Below, piece after piece: positions 44,978 through 57,237 of a stretch of 63,727 bases of DNA (the first letter of the stretch is position 1; each line of letters begins with the position of its first letter). The notes under the pieces were generated by a model. That model had not been told where the DNA came from. It worked only from the letters and a program-made list of their open reading frames with translations, and made no database searches. Source of the DNA: Basidiobolus meristosporus CBS 931.73 (taxonomy: Eukaryota > Fungi > Basidiobolomycota); NCBI GenBank assembly GCA_002104905.1, contig MCFE01000516.1, positions 1-63,727 of the forward strand, in the 5' to 3' direction. A program made the position numbers and the translations under genes.

Positions 44978-47450
44978 TTACTTAGCATCAATTGTTACAT
45001 TTCTAATAGGAGTGTATGTGGCGACCCGGAATCGCTCCCCCAGAATCACATAAGAAGTCAGCACCAGAAGAGCATTATGAGCTACCTGATCACCTGTTTC
45101 GAAGTACTTGGTCATAATATCCGCAACTGGCTCCCATTTCAGCCAGCCTAATGCCCCACATGACTCCTTGGTGATCTTTTCCCGGAAAAGGCGACTTATC
45201 GGGGAATAAGTGTCTCTGGCAGCAGGAGCGATGAACGGATGCTTGGTCCGGAGGTAGAGTTCCTCGGTGATGTATGGCTTGACTGCCTCCCGAAGAATCC
45301 ACTTTTCCACCAGCTCACCCTTCTCACTGGGCTTGAACTTGACCGAGCTGTTGTGATTCAGTGGGTTAGTGTTGATGCTGAGAGGCTGAATGGGAGGAGT
45401 CACACTTACGGTGGAAGGTCGTTCACATATTCAGTCAGGAAATGATCAAGAAATGGTGTTCTAGCTTCAATGGAGTGTGCCATCTCACTGCGATCACCTA
45501 GAAAGTTGCAGAGACCATTGGGCAAGACTGTCTTGTTTTCAGAGTACTGGCAATCTATTTAGAATGAGTTCCAGTATACCAAATGATTTTGAACAACGTA
45601 CCAGAGCGGCATGGAGTGGGTGCCATTTGTGAGCAATTTTCCTTCTAGCTTCCCCACTCAAACCAGAAGCCAGGGCCAAGGACAGATCAGGAGCCCCTGT
45701 CCGGCTTAAGACATGGTCTGGATATACCTCCTTGTTGATGAACACGAGTTTACTTAGCGTCCGAGGTGTATTAATTCCATTGAGCATTCTCTTGGATACT
45801 GGACTGCCCTCGATTTCGATTTTTTCACCCATTGATGCATACACCTTCAGTTGGGTGCTAGGTTTGTAATTACTTAGAAGATCTAGTCTGTCACTCTCGG
45901 ACAGAGGCTTGAACGGAGTGGCAAGGTCCGGCTCCAACAGATAGTCCGGCTCAAAAAACTTGTAGCCAGCAAAGTGCTCATCAGACCCTTCTCCGGTGAG
46001 AACTACCTGTTGCCTCAACTAATCAGTACTGTGAAGACTGGTAACTACTCGACTCCTTCTTGTACCTTGTAGCCTGCATCACGTACAAATCTCGAGAGCA
46101 GGAACTTGCCAACACCATTCACATTGGGAATGGGCATCTCGAAGTGCCAAATGGCGTCCTCAAAGGATTCTGCAACCTTCTCATCGGTGACTTCAAGTTT
46201 GTCAAAGATTGCGTTGCAGAATTCAGCTGTTCTCTCAGCTACCGGCCCTTCGTTCGAATTGTTGCCCCCTAGAGATAATCTGTGTGTTAGTTCTATTGCC
46301 ACATCGGCCCCCTTCATCCAGCAATATTTACCTGGAAATGAGATGGTGAAAGCACGAATCCGAGCGTTGGGATCTCTCTCTCGGAGAATACTGGTGGCTA
46401 TGCCCGCGATGGAAGAACTGTCGATTCCCCCACTCAAGTACACTCCGACTGGGACGTCAGATCTCAATCGCTGTCTGACTGCCTCCACCAGGCGAGATCG
46501 CACCCCTTCAACCATCTCTTCAACGGATCTGGCATCTTTTACTGTCTTGTCTGGATAGTCAGCATCCCAGTATTTCTCTATGTGGACGGATCCAGATAGA
46601 GTGGCTGTGATGTAATGACCCGGTGAAAGCTTAGATATGCACAGGAGTTAGAGGGAAAGTGAAAGTGAAAGTGAAAGCGAATGCCAAAAAAAGGAAGCAC
46701 ATCAAGAGTAGCACTGGAGGAATTACCTTGGCGATACCGGCGAATGGTGTTCTCATGTCAGTCATTGGCCCGCCATGAACAATGGAATCAACATCCCAGG
46801 CCATCTTCAGGCCGAGTGGGGGGAAGGCTTTGATCTCACTCGCAACATAGAGCCTGCCATCCTTGTTTGCGTAGTACAGTGGCTTGATACCAAATCGATC
46901 TCTTGCGGCCAGGAAAATGCTCCGCTTTGTATCCCATAGGCACAAAGCAAACTCCCCACGAAGGTGCTCCAAGAATGAGTATCCGTACTCTTCGTACCTG
47001 TAAATGGCGAATTCTCTTGGTTACAAAGTGGCGTGGTAATAATGTGCGTAAGCAACATACAGATGTAAAGCGATCTCACTATCACTGGAGGTTTTGAATG
47101 TGTGACCGGCAGCAATCAGCTCCTCCCTGATCCGCTCGAAGTCGTAGAACTCTCCATTGACAATGATGTGAATGGTGTTGGTCTTATTGGAGATGGGCTG
47201 TTGACCACCATCCAAGTCGATGATTGACAAACGGGTGTGGCCCAAGCCTTCAGGACAAGCAGTAAGTAAAGATAGTCAATCGGGACATGCTGGCTGTACA
47301 CTCACCAACGCGGTTTGATGGATCAATGTATCTTCCGTTGGAGTCAGGCCCCCTGTGCAAGATGGAGTGAAGCGAAGCATCCAGCTTCGCCTTAGTGATG
47401 GGCTCCAATTGGCAACTGTCACAATCCACATAGGCTACAATTCCGCACAT
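44978..47450 (-). CDS. AsnB-like glutamine amidotransferase, copy G (8 exons)
   Basis: Same motifs and intron positions; near-identical to copy E. Confidence 0.88.
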
Positions 47451-49133
47451 CTTTGGATGTAAATAAGAAAATAATGAATTCTAGCTGGAGATGGAGTTTT
47501 ATAGGAAATTGGACCTCGTCTGGTTAATTATATATTAAATGGTAAATATTTGCCAATCCAGCTTATTACTCCGAAGCAATGGCAGTTATTTAGGAGAACA
47601 GTATCCTCACTACCCCAAAGTATTAGCAAGAGAAACTGGTTACGGTCTGATATCATTCCACCGACGGATTTTTGAAAGTGTTTAACAGCGTAGTACTACT
47701 TATCATTTCATTTGAACCCATTGCTGCACACGACTTATGAGATTGTAATCCCGCCGTTCCCACGCGAGGTTCTTCAGGTGATGACGTACTTTCACTTTGG
47801 TTCCATATTTGGAGTAAACCAGTCACGCAAGCAATATTTTATGGATGATCAACAAACGGGGACGCATGGGGAAATTCTTATGAGAACCGGTATCACAACC
47901 AACGAAGAAACTACTGGCGAGTCAAAGATAATGTAGAAGTGGGCTTTGTTGCTAACCATTCATGAGAGTTATTCCACCTCGAGTCATTCGCTAGTTTCAC
48001 TGGCGCCGGAGCTATTGTGGTCATACCAATTGTTGGGTTGAATCAATGGCTAATGCGCCCATTCATAAATTGTGCCGACCATCTCCAATTAGGAAATTCC
48101 TGTAATGCTATCCTCTTGAATCCAGGATTTGCCACTACATCATGTGACAACACCGTAGATCTTAAAGCTGGTTCAAATATGTATGGATGCTTTTTATGGT
48201 ATATTGGCTGGATGCCGAAGTGATCTCTTGTACATTTTAAATCCCACCAATAACCTTCAAATGGCTCACCTTTTTCACTGGGTCAACATCTCTATTGTGA
48301 AGATTGATATATTACGGAGTCACACTTGGATTAAAATGTTTACTTAATAAAGGTGGGAAGTTGCATCCTGATATGCTTTGAAAAAAGCAGCAGTAACTCT
48401 TCAGAGCCCCTTATTGTCAATGTTGGCTTGAAATCCATTTGTAGTATCAATATTATATGGCTTTCATATTACTCTCAGCTATGTATAATCCTATTGCCCT
48501 CATATGATGCTTTGTTGTATACTGACCTGATATGGCTGGGCTCTGTATCTCTGAGGCTAATCTGAATATGTAATAATGTTTTGTAGGCTAATGCTAAAAT
48601 AGTTTATACAGAGATTAGACGCTGGTAGAAGATACAACTTTGACTAGTATTCCTAAATCTTGGCTCACAATATGCTATAGGCAGTGGACCTGCACTGTTG
48701 CGTCATTGATCATGTTGCCAGAAAATAAAATATATTCCAACATTAGTATGCTATAGGTACTTAACTGCTAGTTAATGATGATCCCACTATGGTGCTATCT
48801 GACTCTCAATGCCACTCTGCAGTACCCTGGCAATGGAGGGAAATGGAATACATACAGTGGGTTCCACTTCTATCACCAGGTGTTAGATTTTTCATATCAC
48901 TTGGATTTGTTGACTTCTGTTGCACACTCTCCCTAACTGGAAGTCACTTTCATTTGCAAAAAAATACCCCTCAAATGTATACTTTGGACATCTTCTTAAC
49001 CCAACAGGGTGTTGCAGTGGTGTCTTTAGAGTCTTGTATAACAATGGACTTTGGAGAAATGGAAGGTGAGTACAGTTACTATCACAGCGTACCATAGTTT
49101 GATCAGATTCAATATCTAATATATAGTCTTTCT

Positions 49134-49473
49134 TGTCATAAGAGACTTGGAGATATGGGAATTGTTTGGGAGAACAAGTAGATTATGTGGTTTTCACTTT
49201 ATGAATTATTGTATGTAAAAGTAGTATTTATACTTCTACATGGTCTTAGCATAGCAGCACTTAGAATATGCTTAGGAAGGTCCCTAGAACTTATGTGCAA
49301 AGTTTGGGGCTCTTTGGGCAACTTTGAGAATCTTTGTGTTCCAGGTACCTGATGTGTTAGTGAAAATATTGGGAGTATAAGGAACTTGGGCAGTATTCTC
49401 TATGATCTATAGGTAATGATCTAAGTGACCAAGTTAGGTGAATACCTGGGTGGACCTACAAATTTTTGCAACA
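49134..49473 (-). mobile_element. Solo Ty1/Copia LTR (340 bp) with 5-bp target-site duplication TTTCT
   Basis: Reverse complement of the LTR at 60664-61011; TG...CA ends; TTTCT at 49129-49133 and 49474-49478. Confidence 0.88.
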
Positions 49474-50178
49474 TTTCTGTGATGATCTATACTCAAGTCC
49501 CCTTATAACAGATAATTTGATTCTGCAAGTAGATCCACTCTATGTTAACTTTAGAATTCTGTTAAGACACTATTAAACAACTGCACATTGAGAACTTTAC
49601 ACTTCCCAATGGGATGATGCTAATTTTGTGACAGTATTCTAGAGGTGCCCTGCTTAACAACTTCTCTGGATTGGCTATTATGATAAGTAGCTTAATTGTG
49701 TTTTATCAGCCTTTTGGCAGGCCCCTGCTGGGCTAATGGTCAAAAACTACTTTTACTGTGAAATACTGCCATGCCAATATGCCAATTGATATTACATTAT
49801 TAACCTTCTCTAATACCACTCATGTATTACACTACAGCATCACACCTCATTCTTACTTATGCATCATTGCTATGGGTCCCCATATATCTAGTTACATCAA
49901 GATTTTGATTACCTCCTCCTGAATTATATTAATACACATGTGCACCTACTGCTATTGATATATAATTATTACCCAGAGATTAGAATTTTAGAGTGTGAAG
50001 CTACAATAGCTGTGAAATGTCAGGTTTTGCTGATTGTCTGTACACCTTGCAAGTATGTGATTTTCTGACACTCTTATTTGTAATGTCTTTCAATTGAATG
50101 TTACACAATACTTTTCTATACTTGGCCATAGTATTCCATCTCCCTGATTGATTTTAGTCCCTCTTGTGTATATACTTT

Positions 50179-50522
50179 TGGCTGGAAGAACTTGCAAGCA
50201 CCCTTAGATATTCTCCTAACTTAGTCATTTAGCTTATAAGCCACAAAGCTCAGAGAATCTTGACAAAACTCCTTGTTGGGACTTGCTTGTAGTATCTTTA
50301 TCAACATGTCAGGTATCCAGAACATGAATTTTGTCAAAGTTGTCTAAGCTGCCCAAGCTTTGCAGACATAGTCCTGGGACCTTCTTAACTATACTCTTTG
50401 TGTTTGCTTTGCCAAAATCATGCAAAAGTTCAAATACTACTATATATCCAATAAATCATTAAGTGACAACAATATAATCTACTTTTCTCCCAATCACTTT
50501 CAATATCTCCAGAGCTCTGACA
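50179..50522 (+). mobile_element. Older, diverged solo LTR of the same Copia family
   Basis: Shares CCTAACTTAGTCA, CCTGGGACCTTC, AATAAATCATTAAGTGA, CCCAATCACTTTCAATATCTCC; no clear TSD; 5' end approximate. Confidence 0.75.
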
Positions 50523-51126
50523 TCACAAACAAAACTCCAGGGAACTATCCATGCACACCTCAGAAGTGATGAAGGAAGCCACACACTGACCATTAAGGCA
50601 CTACTCTTTATACCAGAAATAGCCAGGAACCAACTCCCTATGAAAAATAATTTGGTCCTGCAGGTGGATCCAATCCAGATCATCTGTCAAGATCCCGTTC
50701 AGAGACCGTCATAATAGCAGCAGCTTGGAATTAGTGACCCTCCTGACAATCTTACAACAAGATCATGACGGTGTTTTGCAAATTTTTCAGCCAAAAAAAG
50801 GGATAAACTTGATGATTTTTGATCGGTGCTGTGACAATATTAGCATGTTATTGTTGAGGTCTTTCAGCGCTCTATTACTATTTTAAGTGGATCCAGTTGG
50901 CCAGGACTTCCAATTGCCTTATATGGCAAGAACTTGATGGTATTTTGATGGCTCACAGCAGGACTCTGATGGCTTTTTTCACAGCAGTATGATGGCCTGC
51001 TGCTGGTTATGTATAATGCTACCACACCAATTTACCAAATGGTATTTCCCTTTTCTACCTCCCCTTGTGCAATTCATATATTCCACTGTAGAATCACCTT
51101 TCTTTACTTGCTTACCCACTACTACC

Positions 51127-54001
51127 TTAGGTATTCCACATATAGCTCAAATCAAAAAAAACTATGGCCTCCTGCTTACTAACCTCTACAAACACACACA
51201 CCTGCCACAATTGATATACGTCTATCACCTCAACTTTAAGGCTTTTTAGTGTCATACTTGCAAAGTTGCCATATACCTTGTACTGCTGGTAGCATATACA
51301 TCTTGCCAACATATGCTTGGTTGTTGCCACTTCTGCCATGAATACCTCCTGAATATTGGCAAAGAACTTCTTGGTATTTAGCCAATATATTCCTTCTTCC
51401 TGCTGGATTCTAGTCCCTCTTATAGGTGCGATCTGGCTTTTGTTTGTGTGAATTCCATATTGAATGGTGTAGAAGTTGGCTTGTGACCACAAGAAATCCG
51501 GCATATCTTGGTGAAGTTTTCCTGATAAAAATTAGTTGCTTGTTGCACCCAACCCAACTTTGCATTACTTAACTGATTACCCATGCATTGGGGCTGCTTA
51601 GCTTCTTAATGCCATAGGCATAGGTGTCTCCATGTGCACATTTGTCCTCAGTATTTTCCAACTCTTTCTGGCTGTCCTCCATGTGCCAACTCATCACATC
51701 CATGACGGACTTGAAGGTAATATTCTTGATGAGATTGGGATATGATAGTACCTGCAACTTGACTTGTCTTCCTATCTCCCCACACATCCGCTCCATAGGA
51801 AACTCCCAAAAGGTGAAGCAAGGCCTGATATTCTCCACACACCATGCAAGATGGAGTAGAGAATGGATACAGTAGCAGCAGAGATCTACACATTCAGCTT
51901 TATATTTGTAGTATAGCCGCTCAAATCCCATCACAAACTCCTCACACAACAGCTGTAGATACGTCAAGTTGGCATTGGTGATCCGCTTCTGGATAAATAT
52001 TCCTACAATGTCCACATATGACTCCCAATGCTTCCAATGTAATCTTGGTAGGAATGGCTTCAGAACACCACTTGAATAAATACATATCCAGTTCATCCAG
52101 TCTTTGCATTTGTATTGTTGCATATGCGTATGAATATTAATTGGAGCCTGTGAGAAGTACTTAGGGTAGCGGATACTCCGCAATATCTTGCCAATTTTTT
52201 CAAATTTCTCCAGTATCTCAAAGGGCTCATTTAGCTTGAAATGCCCCATGTACAACTTGGTCATCAGTAGAGGGATATTGTTGAAAAGCAAATGCATTGC
52301 TCCCAGTGGAAAGCTTTTGCTCCAACAGATACCCTCTATCTTAAGTATCTCCGGTTTCCAATTGATTCCATATTCTGGCCAATGGCTTATAGCTTGCCAA
52401 CTTTGCTGCAATTGCATGCTTACTTCTGTAAATTCTCTCAGTGGAAAGATGATGTTCTTAGTGCTGGTGTTTGGGTAATAATAATGTTTGTGAGTTATGG
52501 AGTAAATCCCCTGGATCTCACACATTCAACAGCAATACCATCCATTGTGCCTGGAAAAACCTGCTATCTTGCTGATGGCTGGAATATCTCCAATGCAGAT
52601 AATAATATGTGCTTTTACATGATGGTCATTCACCGTTATCCCACTGGAAAGCATACAAAATTCTTTCAGCAATGGATACAGGTAGCTATCCAGGTTGGAC
52701 AGTGATTTAAACCCAGATACCAGCGAGACTACCATCAGATTATTGCTCTGATACCGTAAGATGGGCAGCAGATTCAGATTGATGAGAATCAGTGGCCAGC
52801 AGGATTTGCTGATAGAATACTTGTTTAATGAGAATCCATCAAGTGCTAAAGCAAAGGCATGGTCATACATACCTTCAAAGTAGCCCTTGCTTCTCAGCTG
52901 TTAGGAATGTTTGCCATTGAATAGACTTGTTCCATCATTTGGGCTGATCATAGTGCCCAATAGTGCCATAGCATGCCAGATGGTGCCTGATCATGCCACA
53001 GAGTGCCAGATGGTGCCATACGGTGCCAATTTGGGATCAAAATTGACATGCATATGACCCTAAAATATCAAATTAATAACAAAATATACAGCACTTTCTG
53101 GCACTACGATCAATGGCACAATGGAACAAGTCTAATATATTGGATATGTTTGCGCTTGATTGATACTGAGTGCGGTACTGTATAGCTTTGCAATATTTGT
53201 GGACTGCATCAGCTTCCTCAGACAGGGTATGACCAGAATGTATCCGGAGTGTGAACAATGCTTTCCCTCAATGGTGGTGGATTCCTGACAATTTGGACAC
53301 ATTGCAATGGTAGCATTTTTGGATGTGAATGCCATGCAACTGTTAACACATGCTGGAATCAGGACAGTCTCTGGATCATATGTTGCCAGCTGCATGATGG
53401 TTGTCCACTTGTACCATGTACATGGTAAGTTGCATCCCAGTATGATTTTGGCAAGAAGTAGTAATAAATCCTCAAAGCCCCCATTACTGATATTAGTGGA
53501 AACATGCCACTTCTTTAGCCACAACATCACATCATTCACCAGTAGATGGATTACTGGGCTCACTTGGCTCCATAAAGTATCCTTGGCATTTGTCTCAACA
53601 GGTGTTGTCTCATTGCATATAGGGATTTGACTGGGCTCATACGTGGTACTGTTGTTAGGGGAGATAGGCTCAACATCCATCAGTGAACCTTCTTTGTCAG
53701 AGCTATCACTCTGTGTGCCATATTCAGAAGGCTGAGGTGAGCCTAAAGGCGTCACAAACTCACCTGACTCAGTTTGCGCAAGGTGACAAAGATGGCCAGG
53801 TGCCAATATAGAAGTATCAACTGGCTGGCAAGATAATGTTGGTACAGTAGTGACCAAGGAATGGTCAAATATGACTTGGGTGGCAAAACACTGGCAGTGA
53901 TCCTTGTAATACTTCCTATGCTGTCTGCATGCTTCATGGCTGAGAGGCTTGCCACAATAGCCACATGGTCTTTTTTCTCTTCTCTTATGACGTTGAGTCA
54001 A
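51127..54001 (-). pseudogene. CACTA/Tnp2-family transposase, frameshifted
   Basis: CVNSCMAF...CPNC; LALDGF...CWPLILINLNL; GDIPAISKIAGF; MHLLFNNI; IHSLLHL...WEFPMER; broken into 4-5 ORFs. Confidence 0.85.
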
Positions 54002-54238
54002 AGTAGTCTTGTCTATGGGGCAAACAGTTTGACCTTCAACAACATAACGCTATTATATCACTTTTTGGTCAATACTCATGTGAACTTAAGACAGTCTTGT
54101 ATTTGAGACATTGCACCTACATGAATGTAAGATTCAATGATGACCCACCATAGTAAGCATTATAAATAAAGTTGTGGCACCACATACACACGTATATGCA
54201 ACACTATTTCCCCTTTGGTTTGACTCACTTCCATACAT

Positions 54239-56287
54239 ATGCCGCCAAAAAATAAAGTAAAGTTGTCTGGTTCTCAACCAAACCCCACTGCTGATGGCAA
54301 CAGAAGAACAGTTGGACAACAGCTTGCTTTGACATTCAGTGAAACAAGCGGGGCTACATCCAAAAAAGGCCCTGTGGACAGTGTGCCCATTGAAGGTAAT
54401 AATGCGGACTCCTCAGGCTCTCAGTCAAGTAGGCAATTGAGAACCTCTGCAGAGCCACAAGCTGACCAATATGCTCAGGCAGATGAGAATGTAGCAAACA
54501 CAGTACCCTTTGTTGAAGATCAGCAAGTGGCCATGATAACATCACCACCACCTATATTAGCAAGTATGTTGTCAGCTCATACCAGAGCATTAATGAAGCA
54601 ATTAGGTGCAGTGGCTGATAGGATAGATGCAATGGCCCAGAGAAATCAGGAAGTAGTCCAGAAACAGGATGAGCGGATAATATGTGTAGAGCAATCAATA
54701 TCCCAGGTAGAGAAAGCAGTATCTTTGCTGCAAAGAAGGAACTCAAGTAGCTCAATGTCACAGCCAAGAATTGAGCCATTTCCTGATGTAACAGCAGAGG
54801 AACACCGTACAGTCTTTGAAGCCCAACAACAGTGCCCAAAGATAAAGCCCACAGAAAAACCTATCACAGCATGGGAGGGAGACAATGTGGTGTTTATACC
54901 AAAGCCTAAAAATCAAAAGACACTGAAGATCTGTGAAGCTGTTGAGTGCAATAATGAAGAGTAGGCTAATATACAAGAGGCCATCACCTTAAGGCCGGCA
55001 TACCATGGGACCATCAGGAACTCAAGGCCAAGCAGAATGCACTTGACTTGTTCCATGAGCATTATCCTGGATTCAAACAGGCAAATGGATTTTGTGCCAG
55101 CATTGGTATGCTAAGAAAGTATCTTAAGAATAGCAGAAACTATTAAAGGCAGAAGAACAAGGGTGCCATGGCTAAAAACCAGCGGCTTCCTCAAGAGCCT
55201 GTTACAAGCAGAGCCAAAAGCTCTAGACAAGCATCAAAGAGATGTCAGGCAGCTGGAAGATTGCCAGTTAAGGACAAGCAGGCAGACATGGATGCACCAG
55301 CACAACATTTATCAAGGAAAAAGCATAGTACCACTCAAGAAGCACCCAGTCAAAGTAGCAGTGAAGGACCTGGCAGTGATAAAACCAGCCGCTTTTACAG
55401 GAGCCTGTCACAACTACGGTTGAGAGCTCAAAACAAGCTGAAAAGAAATGTCAGGTTGCCAGAAGAGTGCCAGCAAGGGACAAGCAGGCCAAAACAGATG
55501 CTTCAGAGCAGAATTTATCCAGGAGAAAATGTAGTTCTTTACAAGAAGCACTCAGACAAAGTAGCAGTGAAAGACCTGGCAGTGATAAAGGAAAAGGTAA
55601 AGGGAAAAATGTCTACCCAAGCCTGAGACAGGGAGGCATGCAAAAAAAACTGCAGTTCTTGCCAATTAACGCTGCAAGCCAGGAACAGACTGATCCCATC
55701 ATAGCCAAGAAGAATTACCAACAAGAAAACAGCTGTTTTCACAAGAGTTGGAAGTGCAGCCAGTTGAGATACACTCCAGCAAGGTAGATGAGTTTGCTGA
55801 AAAAGGCAATTTGTCTACCACAGCCTCCACAGCCTCCATTGTTGACAGAGTGGAGATCCCACTGACAGACAAGGCTACAATGTCAAGAGCTTGAGAAACT
55901 ATCACAATGCCTTCAGTGGAGTTTTGAAACATTAATAGGCACACCAAGAGGTTGCAGCACTTCTTCAAGAGCAGTGCTCAAGAAAATGCACTGGAATTTT
56001 GCAAGGATTTATTGCAAAGACTGGCAGATGAGGAGCTAGACCTTGCAGTGCCAGCTGAAGACCAGGACATGTGGGAACCAGTGAATGGACAGTGGCATAA
56101 AGCCGTTGGGTTCCTGCCAAAGTCATGGAACCAGAGTGTTACAGCAGAAATACTTATTGAGTGGTGGATTTTAATGGAGTTACTTGTTGAGTGTGGGGTT
56201 GGGCTTAATGTTAGTGTAGGGTATAGAGACTTGTATAGGTCAATACAATTGGCTATAGAGGTACAACTGAAGTTTCAACAGAAATAA
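54239..56287 (+). pseudogene. Second, divergently oriented ORF of the CACTA element (unknown function, fragmented, with an internal ~207-bp-period duplication)
   Basis: ORFs 54239-54964, 55168-55626 and 55952-56287 lie inside the inverted repeats; duplication 55239-55384 / 55446-55590. Confidence 0.55.
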
Positions 56288-57123
56288 ATCAATTTGTATG
56301 CATGAAAAGTAAGAGAAACGGCTGAGTCAGGAAGTAAGGAGTGTGAAAAAGAGGCAATAGCCAATCAATTCACACAAATGTAGGAGGTGATAGAGTGTCT
56401 GGGATCAGAAAGTGAGCAAATTGGCAGGGAACCAATCAAAAGCCACTTATACATTGTTTTGATGAAAAATTTTGACAAAGTTTTTTGTGAAATCTGGGAT
56501 GCAATTATTTTTCAATGGTCTCTGGACGGAGTCCTGACAAGATCAGTACCTCTCAGTCACAGGACATTAACTTTGTGACTATATTGCTTTTTGTAGCAGA
56601 GCACACAATCTATACAAGCTGACTTGGGCTTAGTCTCATCTGGAAGCCCTAAGAAAAAAATTAAGAAAAGGCCAGCAAAATACCATCATAATATCTGCTG
56701 AGTTCTAAACTTCTCAAAATGACAACTCTCAATATCTCTGTTGTTAGCTGATGGGCGGGCTAGCAAAAAAATTCTCCAGGAGCAGTGTGGGCCAATTAGA
56801 TTCCATACCAAATTTGGTAATTAGCTGCCTATTACTTCCATCAAAGATTGCATTTAATATTTTGAACCAAAAGCACCAGCTGAATACCAGCAAAATACAA
56901 TTAGAATACCAGCAGGATACCAGCCAAAAGCAGATGAATTCCAAGTTTGAGACTTTCATAGGGGAAGCTAATATATGTAACTCAAGTAAGCAGTAATGAT
57001 GTATATTTGGGACACAAGCTAGACAACCATTAATTGCTCTGAGTTAATCAAAACTATGAAAAAATTTGATTGCATACACTCAGATATACATGGCCCATGC
57101 AGTATTTATCCATTAGTGAAATG

Positions 57124-57237
57124 TGTTGTAAGAGTTTGTAACTCCACCTAGATACTCACCTAACTTAGTCACCTAGATTATTACCTGTAAATCTTAGTGA
57201 ATACTAACCAGGCTCCTTCTATGGATTTACTCCAAAT
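57124..57237 (+). mobile_element. 5'-only truncated Copia LTR abutting the next LTR
   Basis: TGTTGTAAGAG...CACCTAACTTAGTCAC matches the first ~115 nt of the family LTR. Confidence 0.7.

Larger units (their letters stand above)
50694..56530. mobile_element. Decayed CACTA/CMC (EnSpm-like) DNA transposon, ~5.8 kb; exact ends uncertain
   Basis: Imperfect inverted repeats CCCGTTCAGAGACC (50694) / GGTCTCTGGACGGA (to 56530), a second inverted block (50774-50800 / 56456-56482), enclosing a Tnp2-type transposase. Confidence 0.7.

Noticed and set aside
28528-47450. Many short AsnB ORFs read as frameshifted pseudogenes, programmed frameshifts or an alternative genetic code
   Set aside because: Canonical GT-AG introns at seven shared positions restore full frames under the standard code
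28528-47450. Housekeeping ASN1/ASN2 assignment
   Set aside because: The motifs differ from the recalled eukaryotic consensus and the multi-copy pattern does not fit; no gene symbol given
24027-47450. Classical biosynthetic gene cluster controlled by the adjacent C2H2 factor
   Set aside because: No NRPS, PKS, terpene or transporter gene is in or beside the array, and the shared promoter motif is Zn2Cys6-like, not C2H2-like
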